The notes under the pieces are model-generated. The model made no database searches. It worked only from the letters and a program-made list of their open reading frames with translations, and was not told where the DNA came from. A stretch of DNA of 35,829 nt from a virus (taxonomy: Duplodnaviria > Caudoviricetes). The position numbers and the translations under genes are program-made. This document shows, one piece after another, positions 17,843 to 26,032 of this stretch (positions are counted from its first letter, which is position 1; each line of letters opens with the position of its first letter). The stretch lies in IMG/VR virus record IMGVR_UViG_3300046025_000024, positions 1 through 35,829 of that record. One strand, given 5' to 3'.

Positions 17843-18703
17843 ATGATCGAAGACGATACCACGCCTGCCAAACGGATCGAGGCGTCGCTGAAGACACCGT
17901 ATTCCGAGGACGGCAACGTCTGGAGCGCGTTTACCGAGGCGCTGGCCTCGGAGTTCGAGTCCTACGAGGCCGCTCTCGAGGACGTCCGCGCCGCGAAGTT
18001 CGTCGACTCAGCGAGCGATGCTCAGCTCAAGAAGATCGCCGATCTATTCAATCTTAACCGTCGGACTGACGAGACACTCTCCGAGTTTCAGGCCCGGATC
18101 AAGATCGCTCTCCGAACCCAGACGACATCAACCACGCTCCCGGAGATCCGGGAGATGATCGCTGTCTTGCTCGATATCGATCCGACCAGCATAGAGATCG
18201 AGGAGCCGGATGACGAAATTCTGATCCTCACGCCCCGGATCCCGGCCGGCATCGTTGAGGAGTCCGACGTCCGCGTCGCTTATCTGAACGATCTCCTAAA
18301 CGACATCTCCGCAGCTGGTGTCGAGGCCGAGGCGACGCTCCTGATCGACCTTGTCGAGCGGGAGACGACCTCGGACGCCGTTCTCGTGGACTCGGGACTC
18401 AAGACCGGGCCCGACAGCGCAACGACGGCAGACGCGGTCAAGTCGGTTGAAGTCGGAGATGTTCCTGCCGGTAATCGATGGGGGGGAATGAACTGGGGCT
18501 TCTCACTCTGGTCTGCCCCCGTCGCGGGATTTCTCGACGCAGGCACCGATACGGCGACCGCGGCGGACGACGTCACGGTCAATCCGAACCAATCCACAGT
18601 CGCCGATACCGCGCTGGCGGCGGACGCGATCGAGTCGATCGCGACGCAGAACGTGGCGTGGGGCGGCGACTGGGGAGTTATCAACTGGGGCAACTCGCCC
18701 TGA
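17843..18703 (+). CDS. Baseplate wedge protein (gpI / gp48-like) with repetitive C-terminus
   Basis: RRTDETLSEFQARIK, ISAAGV; two WGG-x-WG motifs. Confidence 0.7.
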   Translation: MIEDDTTPAKRIEASLKTPYSEDGNVWSAFTEALASEFESYEAALEDVRAAKFVDSASDAQLKKIADLFNLNRRTDETLSEFQARIKIALRTQTTSTTLPEIREMIAVLLDIDPTSIEIEEPDDEILILTPRIPAGIVEESDVRVAYLNDLLNDISAAGVEAEATLLIDLVERETTSDAVLVDSGLKTGPDSATTADAVKSVEVGDVPAGNRWGGMNWGFSLWSAPVAGFLDAGTDTATAADDVTVNPNQSTVADTALAADAIESIATQNVAWGGDWGVINWGNSP

Positions 18704-18709
18704 CCGACC

Positions 18710-19315
18710 ATGAGTACGACCGAAACCATCCAAATCGAAGGCCGCATCGACGCACGACTACACGACCCCGAGAGGCTCCGCGAGGAGATCCCCGAGTGGG
18801 ACGACCTCGACGACCGCGAGAAGTACCTCACGACGACCGAGTACGATGACCTCCAGGAGCGAGGCGCCGTCGACGGCCTCGACGAGCACGAGCTCGCACT
18901 GGCGCAGCTCGACCTCGAGGCGACCGATGAGTTCGTCGTCTTTAACACGACCTGCGTCGGGCTCCACGAGATCCTCGTCGACAACCTCGACCCGACGCAG
19001 ACCAGCGACGAGGAGGCAGCGTATCTCGCGCTCGGCGACGACGGCGCCTCGGGAACCGCTTCGGGCGACGAGTCGCTGAACAACGAGGTCTTTCGGAAGG
19101 CGGTGACCGACCACGCCGATCAGGGGACGACGCTGCTCGCGTCAACGTTCGTCGACTCGACCGAGGCGAACGGCTTCACGCTCGACGAGCTCGGGCTGTT
19201 CACCAGCGACACCGGTGGGACAAACGTACTGCTGAACCACTCAACGTTCGCGTCGGCGACGAAGGACAACACGAAGACGGTGACGTTCGACGTCACCCTC
19301 TCCTTCAGCGCCTGA
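18710..19315 (+). CDS. Proximal tail fibre / collar protein
   Basis: YLALGD, LNNEVFRK, EANGFTLDELGLF motifs. Confidence 0.7.
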   Translation: MSTTETIQIEGRIDARLHDPERLREEIPEWDDLDDREKYLTTTEYDDLQERGAVDGLDEHELALAQLDLEATDEFVVFNTTCVGLHEILVDNLDPTQTSDEEAAYLALGDDGASGTASGDESLNNEVFRKAVTDHADQGTTLLASTFVDSTEANGFTLDELGLFTSDTGGTNVLLNHSTFASATKDNTKTVTFDVTLSFSA

Positions 19316-19317
19316 TT

Positions 19318-19590
19318 ATGCCGGGAAACACCCCAGATAGCGCCGGCCCGCCCGGCGGGCTCCCCGAGCAGGCGGCCGACCGAGCTCGGGCGGCCGTCGA
19401 GGACGTCTTCGGAGGCGCGGTCGCGAACATCCAGAAGCTCGAGGAGACGCCGGACGGGACGCGCGTCGAGGCCGACATCGACGGCGTCTTCCGCGGCGTC
19501 CTGATCGACGACCCGGATAGCGACACTGCCGCGATCGCGACCGCGAGCGGCGAGAACTACCTGATGCACATCCAGATTCGAGAACTATGA
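19318..19590 (+). CDS. Hypothetical protein
   Basis: 90 aa, coupled to neighbours, typical codon use. Confidence 0.75.
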   Translation: MPGNTPDSAGPPGGLPEQAADRARAAVEDVFGGAVANIQKLEETPDGTRVEADIDGVFRGVLIDDPDSDTAAIATASGENYLMHIQIREL

Positions 19591-20429
19591 CCGAAAAGGC
19601 ACACCCCTCGATCAATCGTACCGCAGATCCGTTCAAGACCGCCGTCGGCTTCGCGGAAGCCGGCGGGACCGGCGCGGGCTTCGTCGTCGGCGGCGCGTCG
19701 CCGACCGAACTCGCGGCCCAAGACGCGGGTATCGACGAGACGCAACTGAACGCGTTCGCCGAGTCGCACGCGACGGACTCGTACGACGTCACGATCGACC
19801 CCGGCGAGGCGTACGTGTACGGGTCGTGGATAGCGAAGGACACTGCGACGACCGTCACCGTCGCCGAGTCGACGGCGGACCAGACGATCTACGCCGGCTG
19901 GAATAAGGACTCGCCGGACGACGTCATCGTCGGTCTCGCCTCGGCGTTCGAGGAAGCCGACGGCGATACGGATATGAAGATACCGCTGTACGACGTGGAC
20001 AGCGACGGGAGCGGCGTCACGGCGGTTACGGACCGGCGCGCGTTCTCGCCGCCGATGCGTATCGAAGACCTCGTCGACTCGCCGAACGGGACGCCGCCGA
20101 TCGCGCTACTCGACGATACCGAGTCGATCGAGATTACCGTCCCGGTCGCCGACGGCGAGACGCTGAAGGTGTACCGGTGGGGGAACTACAAGATCGCGGA
20201 CGGAACCGCGCCGACCGGTCTCGACGTCGAGCTTCTGGACGGCGGCGATACCGTTCAGGCATCGGCGAACGTCGTCGACGACGAGTCGACCGACCCGGCG
20301 AGTCCGGTTGCTTCGTACCAAAACGCGTCGGGGTCGGTCTCGATCTTCAAACTACGGTCGAAGAACTCGACCGGGAATAACTACACGAGCAAAGGCGTTG
20401 GGTCGCACTTCGCGTACATCGTCGAATAA
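19587..20429 (+). CDS. Tail fibre protein
   Basis: VTIDPGEAYVYG N-terminal pattern seen in fibre attachment domains; beta-rich C-terminus. Confidence 0.6.
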   Translation: MTEKAHPSINRTADPFKTAVGFAEAGGTGAGFVVGGASPTELAAQDAGIDETQLNAFAESHATDSYDVTIDPGEAYVYGSWIAKDTATTVTVAESTADQTIYAGWNKDSPDDVIVGLASAFEEADGDTDMKIPLYDVDSDGSGVTAVTDRRAFSPPMRIEDLVDSPNGTPPIALLDDTESIEITVPVADGETLKVYRWGNYKIADGTAPTGLDVELLDGGDTVQASANVVDDESTDPASPVASYQNASGSVSIFKLRSKNSTGNNYTSKGVGSHFAYIVE

Positions 20430-21046
20430 TGAGTCTAACGCAACACGAGTGGGCGGTCCTTCATGATCTGCCTGCGCCGGCGCGAAAAAATAGGTCGGTC
20501 GTCGAACAGATCATCGCGCATCTTCGAGGATTCGGAATTAAAGGACGGGGGCCTCAGTCCGGTGGGCGAGGTATCAAGAGGTCTGTTTTGCCCGACGTCC
20601 TTGTAGAAGATGGCACCGTAGATGACTGGTATTCATTTGCGGTGAAAGACCCCGGAGATTACGTTGTGAATACGGATTCGGTTGACCTCATCGGCGAAGA
20701 TACGGGCGAAGGCACGGATGGTAACTACGCCGAGTTAGTGACGTCGGAGTTCGACAAAGGGGATGTGGATTCTGTCGATATAGATTTCGCATTAGAGCAG
20801 TCTGGTGATACGAACACAAACCCATCTGATTACAAATTTGTAATATACGAAACCGACCCCGATTCTCCAATCGCGACCTATGGCGACGACAGCGTTAATA
20901 ATGACCTGAGCAGAGCTGTGCGGACTGTTGACCTCTCTGGAATAGATGGGACTGGGAAATTGAGATTTCGGTCGTGGAGGACTTCGTCCGGGAAGTACGA
21001 GACTTTCGGAGGAACTGTAACAGCGTGGGATATCTTTTGGAACTAA
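20429..21046 (+). CDS. Putative receptor-binding / adhesin protein, lower GC
   Basis: TAATG coupling to fibre gene, last gene of tail operon, many A/T-ending codons. Confidence 0.55.
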   Translation: MSLTQHEWAVLHDLPAPARKNRSVVEQIIAHLRGFGIKGRGPQSGGRGIKRSVLPDVLVEDGTVDDWYSFAVKDPGDYVVNTDSVDLIGEDTGEGTDGNYAELVTSEFDKGDVDSVDIDFALEQSGDTNTNPSDYKFVIYETDPDSPIATYGDDSVNNDLSRAVRTVDLSGIDGTGKLRFRSWRTSSGKYETFGGTVTAWDIFWN

Positions 21047-21285
21047 TCGTCTAAATATGACAATAGACCCCGCGCTGATGATGGCCGTCGCCGGCGCGAT
21101 CGGGTCGCTCGGGACGGCGATCGTGTCGTTCTTTTTCTCTGGGACCTCCTGCTGCTCGGCCTCGAACCCGGCATCGCCACTGCTCTGAGTGGCGTCAACG
21201 AACGCCTCCTCAAGTCGCTGGAGATTTCGGGCGTCCTCGAGCATAGCCGGATGCTTATCTGACCATTGGATCACCCGTCGAACAG

Positions 21286-21291
21286 TTTATG
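21286..21291 (+). promoter_or_regulatory. TATA-like box for leaderless gene at 21316
   Basis: TTTATG 30 nt upstream of ATG. Confidence 0.5.
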
Positions 21292-21315
21292 AGGGCTGGT
21301 TGAACAGTGGTCGGT

Positions 21316-21564
21316 ATGGGACTCTTCGACAGCGCGACTAGTGAACAGATCCACCGAGATCAGGTTCAGGTCGACGAGCGCGAGGGTGCGATCAATGTCG
21401 ACTACGGGCAGGACCAGTCCGTGAACTCGAAAGTACAGAACCAAGTTCAGAACACGCTGCTCGCCGAACTCATTTTCAGTAATCGCCGTCAGAACGCCCT
21501 CCTTGAGGAGCAGAACGAGCTACTCGAGCGACAGAACCAGCTTTTAGAGGAGCGCTCGGAGTAG
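21316..21564 (+). CDS. Small Q/N-rich coiled-coil protein (moron-like)
   Basis: Own promoter candidate; C-terminal QNALLEE-QNELLER-QNQLLEE heptads. Confidence 0.75.
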   Translation: MGLFDSATSEQIHRDQVQVDEREGAINVDYGQDQSVNSKVQNQVQNTLLAELIFSNRRQNALLEEQNELLERQNQLLEERSE

Positions 21565-21586
21565 CTCTCGCTGCTCAACGTCGGGT

Positions 21587-22195
21587 TCAAATCGTCATAA
21601 AGTGGTCGTACAGCCGCTCGGTCGTGAGGATGGAGGCGTGCCGCAGGCGGTTTCTGACGTCGTAGAGAGTGTTGGACTCTTCGGCGCGTAGCATCCGCCA
21701 GGCGACGCTGTGGCGCAGCGTGTGGGCGGAGACATCCTCCGGGTCTCCACGGCCTGAAAAGCAGTAGGGACGCACGCCCGCTCGTCGAGCCGCCCGCTGA
21801 ACGACATCATTAATCCCCTTCCCGGTCATTCGGTCTGACTTCTGGCTGCTTATCAGGGCCGCGGCGTCGTTCTGCCGCGCCTCGAGATACTCCTCGACCG
21901 TTGCGACCGTCTGAAGAGATCCATCTCTATCCAGTTGGAATGTCGCCGGCGGCGGCACCTGATCGTTCGGGTAGTCCTTTTGAATCGACGTCGGGACCCG
22001 CAACTGCTCTTCTTCGAGGTCGACCATGTCACGATCGACGAGCGCCGCCTCTCCACGTCGGAGCCCGGTGTCGTAGAGCACGGTCACGATCGCGGCGTCG
22101 CGCTCGGGATGACGGCCGTCGCGAACGACGTCTCGCATCGCCTCGACCTGAGCGGGTTTGAGCCAGTACTGATCGTCGGTGTCGGCCGCAGGCAT
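21587..22195 (-). CDS. Tyrosine recombinase, catalytic domain only (XerC/D-like)
   Basis: DTGLRRGE (R), IQKD (K), HTLRHS (HxxR), RLRH (H), LYDH (Y); only 202 aa. Confidence 0.92.
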   Translation of the reverse strand: MPAADTDDQYWLKPAQVEAMRDVVRDGRHPERDAAIVTVLYDTGLRRGEAALVDRDMVDLEEEQLRVPTSIQKDYPNDQVPPPATFQLDRDGSLQTVATVEEYLEARQNDAAALISSQKSDRMTGKGINDVVQRAARRAGVRPYCFSGRGDPEDVSAHTLRHSVAWRMLRAEESNTLYDVRNRLRHASILTTERLYDHFMTI

Positions 22196-22440
22196 TTGTA
22201 ACTAGGCTATCAGTGTCGACGGGCTAATAATGTTCGATTCCTCTGACAGACTCGAACATTTCTGCCCATTGCGCCGACGCAAACCATCTCCCTCTGGTGA
22301 TCTGCCTCGACGCAACCCGGTTTCTCCACGCGAACCCTTGGGGTTCGACGTCGAGGATACACCTGCAGAACCACCAAATAAACCTCATGTAGCTATATCG
22401 AGTTTCGAGAGCGGGGTAGGAGCAGTCGAGGGCTGACACT

Positions 22441-22489
22441 ACCTTACCAAACAATTTAATAGAGAAGCGGTTTAATTGTTTGGTAAGGT
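22441..22489. repeat. Inverted-repeat site 1
   Basis: ACCTTACCAAACAATT 22441-22456 / AATTGTTTGGTAAGGT 22474-22489, perfect 16 bp arms; contains TATA-like TTTAAT; ends just before ATG 22491. Confidence 0.9.
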
Positions 22490-22490
22490 T

Positions 22491-22829
22491 ATGACTTCAG
22501 ACCAGCAACCTGCTCCCCCCGGCGAGATTCCGAACTACATCGCTGACGGCCTCCAGCGCCAGGCCGTCCCAACCCTTCACGCGATCATCTCGTACTGCGA
22601 GGACCTCATCGAGTACCTCGAACAGCCACCCGACGAGGAGGACCTCGCGGCGGACGACGACGTCGTCGACGTCGAGGAGAGCGAGAACGGCGGGACGATC
22701 GTGAAGAAGATGCAAAAGTGCGGTACCGACTGCACCTGCAACGACGGGAAAGGCCACGGGCCGTACAAGTGGCGGGTCACGAGAGACGGAGACGGCGGTC
22801 AGGACTGGGACTATCTCGGGAAGGCGTAA
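22491..22829 (+). CDS. DUF6788-like zinc-binding, probable DNA-binding protein
   Basis: KCGTDCTCNDGKGHGPYKW...YLGK motif. Confidence 0.75.
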   Translation: MTSDQQPAPPGEIPNYIADGLQRQAVPTLHAIISYCEDLIEYLEQPPDEEDLAADDDVVDVEESENGGTIVKKMQKCGTDCTCNDGKGHGPYKWRVTRDGDGGQDWDYLGKA

Positions 22830-22830
22830 G

Positions 22831-22965
22831 ATGGGCCAGTACATCTGCGATCTCTGCAACGAGAGTGTCCCAGACGACGAGGTTTGGCCAGCGATGGTCG
22901 ACGGCGAGCGTGTCGTCGCGTGCGATGATTGCCGGCCAGAGGGCTCAGAGATTACGTTGAGTTGA
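22831..22965 (+). CDS. Zinc-finger microprotein (44 aa)
   Basis: MGQYICDLCNE...ACDDCRP, two CxxC; starts 1 nt after previous stop; absent from ORF track. Confidence 0.75.
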   Translation: MGQYICDLCNESVPDDEVWPAMVDGERVVACDDCRPEGSEITLS

Positions 22966-22972
22966 GGACCGG

Positions 22973-23132
22973 AAAAGCATAGCCGCCATCACGGCGGTCA
23001 CTGACAAGCTCTCCTCACAGCGTCGGCGTCCTTCGCCTCGAGCTGGGTGTCGCGGTGACGGCCGAGGCCGGCCGTCGAGATCCCCGGCCAGCCCGAGACG
23101 AAGGGGGCGGCCTCCGCGTGGGAGCTTATGCA
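22973..23132 (-). ncRNA. Putative structured small RNA
   Basis: TTTAAA at 23156-23161; 17 bp stem 23104-23088 / 23046-23030 whose two non-WC pairs are G-U on the minus strand; 3' hairpin then CTTTT. Confidence 0.6.
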
Positions 23133-23214
23133 TTCCTCTAAACGTGCCAACTGCATTTAAAGACCCGCCATGCTCGGTGAAAGTGAACGAAAACCTTCAG
23201 AGGAAACGGTGGGG

Positions 23215-23580
23215 TCAGCGACCTTCTTTCATCCAGTCGCGGACGATGAAGTTGATCGCCGCGTTCCGGCTGAGCTCCATCTCCTCCGCGAACTCGTCGA
23301 CGTCCTCGATGAGGTCGCGAGGTGAGCGTAGGGTCGTTTCCTTCCGGTCCTCGAATCCGCTTCGACCTGAGGGATCTAATTTCTCGTACCAGTCCTCGTA
23401 ACCGTCCGCGCCGCCGTGGATTTTGTTGTGGCAGGACCGACACACAGGTAGGAGGTTCTCGAGATCGTCGTTCGACTTATCTCCGTCGGCGTGGTGAACG
23501 ACGATCTCCTCGGTCGCGTCGCAGATGTGGCAGACTTCCTCCTTCCTGGAGAGGCATTTTTCGCGATACGCGGTAGTCAC
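23215..23580 (-). CDS. HNH endonuclease fused to a C-terminal ribbon-helix-helix domain
   Basis: CHIC...VHHADGDKSND..NLLPVCRSCH..IH, then TTLRSPRDLIEDVDEFAEEMELSRNAAINFIV. Confidence 0.85.
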   Translation of the reverse strand: MTTAYREKCLSRKEEVCHICDATEEIVVHHADGDKSNDDLENLLPVCRSCHNKIHGGADGYEDWYEKLDPSGRSGFEDRKETTLRSPRDLIEDVDEFAEEMELSRNAAINFIVRDWMKEGR

Positions 23581-23981
23581 TCTTGCGCGCCTTCACGTCC
23601 CAAGCGTTCAATGCTTTCTTTGAGTTCCTTGGGTTCCATTCCTTCTAAGCGTTCCAGGCCGAGAGAGACGACGAGCGGATAGTAGTACCGTGTTTTCTGT
23701 AACGAGCGTCCGTATTCTTCCTCAAATGCGAGGTCGAGGTGCTTGTAGCGCGTCGTGAGTTGCCGTTCCAAGAAGTCGGGGAGGTAGACGCTCGTGGCAG
23801 TCCATTCCTTCTTGACGTTCTCGGCGAGCATTGCATTCCCCCCATTCACATCTTTCCTTGAAGCCTTTTCGTTCTTTGCGTTCTTGGAAGTCTGTGAAGG
23901 CTGTGAGTTCTCGTCATTCGTGGAATCGTCGTCATCGAACCGACGTCGGAGCCGGTCGCGAACTTGGTCTTCGTCAGTCAT
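23577..23981 (-). CDS. ParA partner (putative RHH-type centromere-binding adaptor)
   Basis: Overlaps parA stop; disordered N-terminus then TSVYLPDFL strand-helix pattern. Confidence 0.65.
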   Translation of the reverse strand: MTDEDQVRDRLRRRFDDDDSTNDENSQPSQTSKNAKNEKASRKDVNGGNAMLAENVKKEWTATSVYLPDFLERQLTTRYKHLDLAFEEEYGRSLQKTRYYYPLVVSLGLERLEGMEPKELKESIERLGREGAQE

Positions 23982-24750
23982 GGTCGATCGCCTCCAGGTA
24001 GTCCGCGATCTCCTCGTACACTGCACGCATGTCCGTCTCCTCAGCATCGGCACCGAAGATAGAACCGCCAGACCCCAGAGACCGTTTGATCGCGGCGCGA
24101 TGGCGAATCTCGAAAATCGGGCAACGACCCTCGAACGTCTCGGTGAACCAGTCGATAGCCGAGCGCTGCTCGTTGTCGAGAGGGTAGTTTACGTTTGAGA
24201 TGAGGACCGCGCTTTCCTCGACGTCCATGTCGTAGTCGACCTCAAGAGAGTCGATCTGGTTCATGAGGTGCTCGATAGCGAGAATCGACGTTTCCGCCGC
24301 CTCGACGGGGATGAGAAGGTTACTGCAGGCGAGGAGGACGTTGTCGTTGATCGGGCCGAGCGAGGGCGGCGCGTCGACGATGAAGTAATCGTATCCGGTG
24401 AGCTCGTCGAGGAGCTGCCGGAACCGGAGGCGCGGACGTCGGCCGCTCGCGATGAGGTCCTGCTCCAGCCGGAACATATCGATGTTCGAGGGGACGACGT
24501 CGAACTCCTCGTGGTGGACGATGATATTGTCAAGATCCGTCTCGGCGGGATTTTTCATCGCCGAGTACAGCGTCGGGTCGTCCGCGAGATACGCGTCGCG
24601 GAGGTCGAGCGTGTTGGTGAGGTATCCCTGTGGGTCGAGATCGGCGACCGCGACGTGATGGCCACGGTCGGCGAGCGCACCGGCGAGATTGATCGTGTTC
24701 GTCGATTTGGCGACGCCACCTTTCTGATTTGCTATCGCGAACGTCTTCAT
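23974..24750 (-). CDS. parA: ParA/Soj family partition ATPase
   Basis: Deviant Walker A NQKGGVAKST, DLDPQG, IVDAPPSLG. Confidence 0.95.
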   Translation of the reverse strand: MKTFAIANQKGGVAKSTNTINLAGALADRGHHVAVADLDPQGYLTNTLDLRDAYLADDPTLYSAMKNPAETDLDNIIVHHEEFDVVPSNIDMFRLEQDLIASGRRPRLRFRQLLDELTGYDYFIVDAPPSLGPINDNVLLACSNLLIPVEAAETSILAIEHLMNQIDSLEVDYDMDVEESAVLISNVNYPLDNEQRSAIDWFTETFEGRCPIFEIRHRAAIKRSLGSGGSIFGADAEETDMRAVYEEIADYLEAIDHD

Positions 24751-24820
24751 GGAACGGTTGGAATTCCCTGCGTGCAAAGATAAAACTACGTCAGACGTTC
24801 GTCATAGACGACGCCCGACG

Positions 24821-24869
24821 ACCTTACCAACCGCTCGGGCTAGTCACCCCTTCAGATGTTTGGTAAGGT
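24821..24869. repeat. Inverted-repeat site 2
   Basis: ACCTTACCAA-N29-TTGGTAAGGT between repressor stop and parA promoter. Confidence 0.9.
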
Positions 24870-24902
24870 CACGGCGGCGGTCGCGACGGTCTCGGTCACG
24901 CG

Positions 24903-25181
24903 TCACTCTTCGTCGAGTTCCAGAAGATCGTCCGGTTCGAGTTGCTGTTCGACGTACTGTCGACCGAGATCAGTTACGCTGTAGTATGGATGTGTTCCGT
25001 CGTCGTCCTTTTCGAGGAGACCGCGGTCGACCAGACTTGAACAGCGGCTAGATACATGCCGTCGCGAAAGTCCCGTGTTTCTGGCGATGCTCCCGCTCCG
25101 GAGTTCGAGCGGCTTGGGAGGCCCGAGGAGCCGAAGAATTGCGTCGTCTGCCGGGACCATCCAGTCGACGCGACGGTACAT
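24903..25181 (-). CDS. phiH1 Rep-like winged-helix repressor
   Basis: RRVDWMVPADDAIL...VSSRCSSLVDRGLLE...YYSVTDLGRQY pattern. Confidence 0.85.
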   Translation of the reverse strand: MYRRVDWMVPADDAILRLLGPPKPLELRSGSIARNTGLSRRHVSSRCSSLVDRGLLEKDDDGTHPYYSVTDLGRQYVEQQLEPDDLLELDEE

Positions 25182-25205
25182 GGAGAAAAACCAGAATCGT
25201 AGCGG

Positions 25206-25282
25206 CTTAATTTGTGCCTATCGCGACGGTAATTCCTTCTTTCTAGAAGTGCAGTTCCTTCTTTTAGGAACAAGCTTAAGTT
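25206..25282. promoter_or_regulatory. Divergent promoters with tandem operator candidates
   Basis: AATTAAG (minus) about 26 nt before repressor ATG; CTTAAG 25275-25280 (plus); TTCCTTCTTT at 25233 and 25255 (22 bp apart), the second within GTTCCT-N6-AGGAAC. Confidence 0.65.
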
Positions 25283-25304
25283 AGCCCGCTGAATACTCGC
25301 CTCT

Positions 25305-25381
25305 GACGAAGGTTATCGTACGCTATGCTGCTCTCCGAAAAGGCAGCCGGTGTGCCAGCACCGACCGCGGTAGCCTTCGTC
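25305..25381 (+). ncRNA. Three-stem RNA at the 5' end of the rightward transcript
   Basis: 14 bp stem 25305-25318 / 25368-25381 enclosing hairpins 25327-25347 and CGGTG-TGCCAG-CACCG 25348-25363. Confidence 0.55.
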
Positions 25382-25430
25382 GTTAGCCTCGTGAAGGCGA
25401 GATCTCGGGCTTAATCTGGCCCGAGATCGA

Positions 25431-25730
25431 GTCTTCCCGAATCCCTCGGAAAGACATGTTCGCGTTCACCCGACACCCTAAAAGAAATGTCGTTTCTCCC
25501 GTCATTAGCTTGACTATTATCCCATGTCTACCGAGGGGTAACGACAGATTACGGGTACTGCTCAGCCTCAGTTTCACTTTCACGGTGCTGTTGGCGAGCA
25601 TTTATGTGTTCCGTAATCATAGAGGTTCGGTGAACGCACGAATCAAGGAACGCATCGGGGATCCGCTCCAGGCAAAATCCTGCTCCCACGCACATCTCGC
25701 CGCGGATCTCCTTCCACATCGGAGGCCTAG
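25431..25730 (+). ncRNA. Structured leader element copy A
   Basis: GCGTTCACC 25462-25470 / GGTGAACGC 25629-25637; shares GAACGCRCGAATCAAGG, CCTGCTCCCACGCA and GGAGGCCTAG with copy B. Confidence 0.6.
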
Positions 25731-25836
25731 GAATGAACACTCCCTTTAGGTGCTACCACCTAACACCAGCTCCCATCGCTCGGCGTCTGTTCGGCAACAG
25801 ACATTTGTCAGACGCACGTGGGGTGACTAGCTGGAG

Positions 25837-25845
25837 TTTTAAGTA
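25837..25845 (+). promoter_or_regulatory. TATA-like box upstream of leader copy C
   Basis: TTTTAAGTA. Confidence 0.5.
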
Positions 25846-25897
25846 CCGGGGGAGCAAATCTCGTAATCAACAAGATAGGAGCGCAGATCACACCCGC

Positions 25898-26028
25898 GGC
25901 TGGGCGGAAGTAGGAACCGAGGAAGGTGGAACTACCTTGGTTTTCTACGGCCGTCATCATAAGCCTACCGGACAGCATGAGCTACAGCACTGTCCTGGGC
26001 GGGTCACGAGCTGCTCCCACGACCAGCC
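25898..26028 (+). ncRNA. Structured leader element copy C
   Basis: GGCTGG/CCAGCC closing stem, two inner stems, TACCGGAC shared with copy B, CTGCTCCCACG 26011-26021, ATG at 26033. Confidence 0.55.
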
Positions 26029-26032
26029 AATC

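Noticed and set aside
747-19083. Long minus-strand ORFs opposite structural genes (e.g. 747-2066, 8015-9325, 10705-12477, 12173-14212)
   Set aside because: Antisense shadows expected from GC-rich, GAC/GAG-biased coding; R/L/V- or S/A-rich with no motifs
20792-21274. Minus-strand 160-aa ORF or a short plus-strand hydrophobic ORF at about 21057
   Set aside because: The minus ORF overlaps the adhesin gene by about 250 bp and the plus ORF is short; neither could be supported over the other, possibly a gene remnant
19587-22440. phiCh1/phiH1-style invertible tail-fibre cassette around the recombinase
   Set aside because: No second, oppositely oriented fibre gene or inverted fibre repeats seen beyond the recombinase
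22224-22490. Two divergent ORF-track proteins both starting MFGKV
   Set aside because: Artefact of the inverted-repeat arms read on each strand; real start is ATG 22491
22945-23133. 62-aa minus-strand ORF
   Set aside because: Arg/Pro-rich atypical composition and extensive base pairing favour a non-coding RNA, though a leaderless peptide cannot be excluded
25303-25400. Hammerhead ribozyme (CTGACGA at 25303)
   Set aside because: The motif is buried in a long stem and there is no GAAA directly after a stem II
25456-25749. 97-aa ORF with a hydrophobic stretch as a type I toxin
   Set aside because: Basic, non-halophilic composition, no SD or promoter at a leaderless distance; region is better explained by RNA stems
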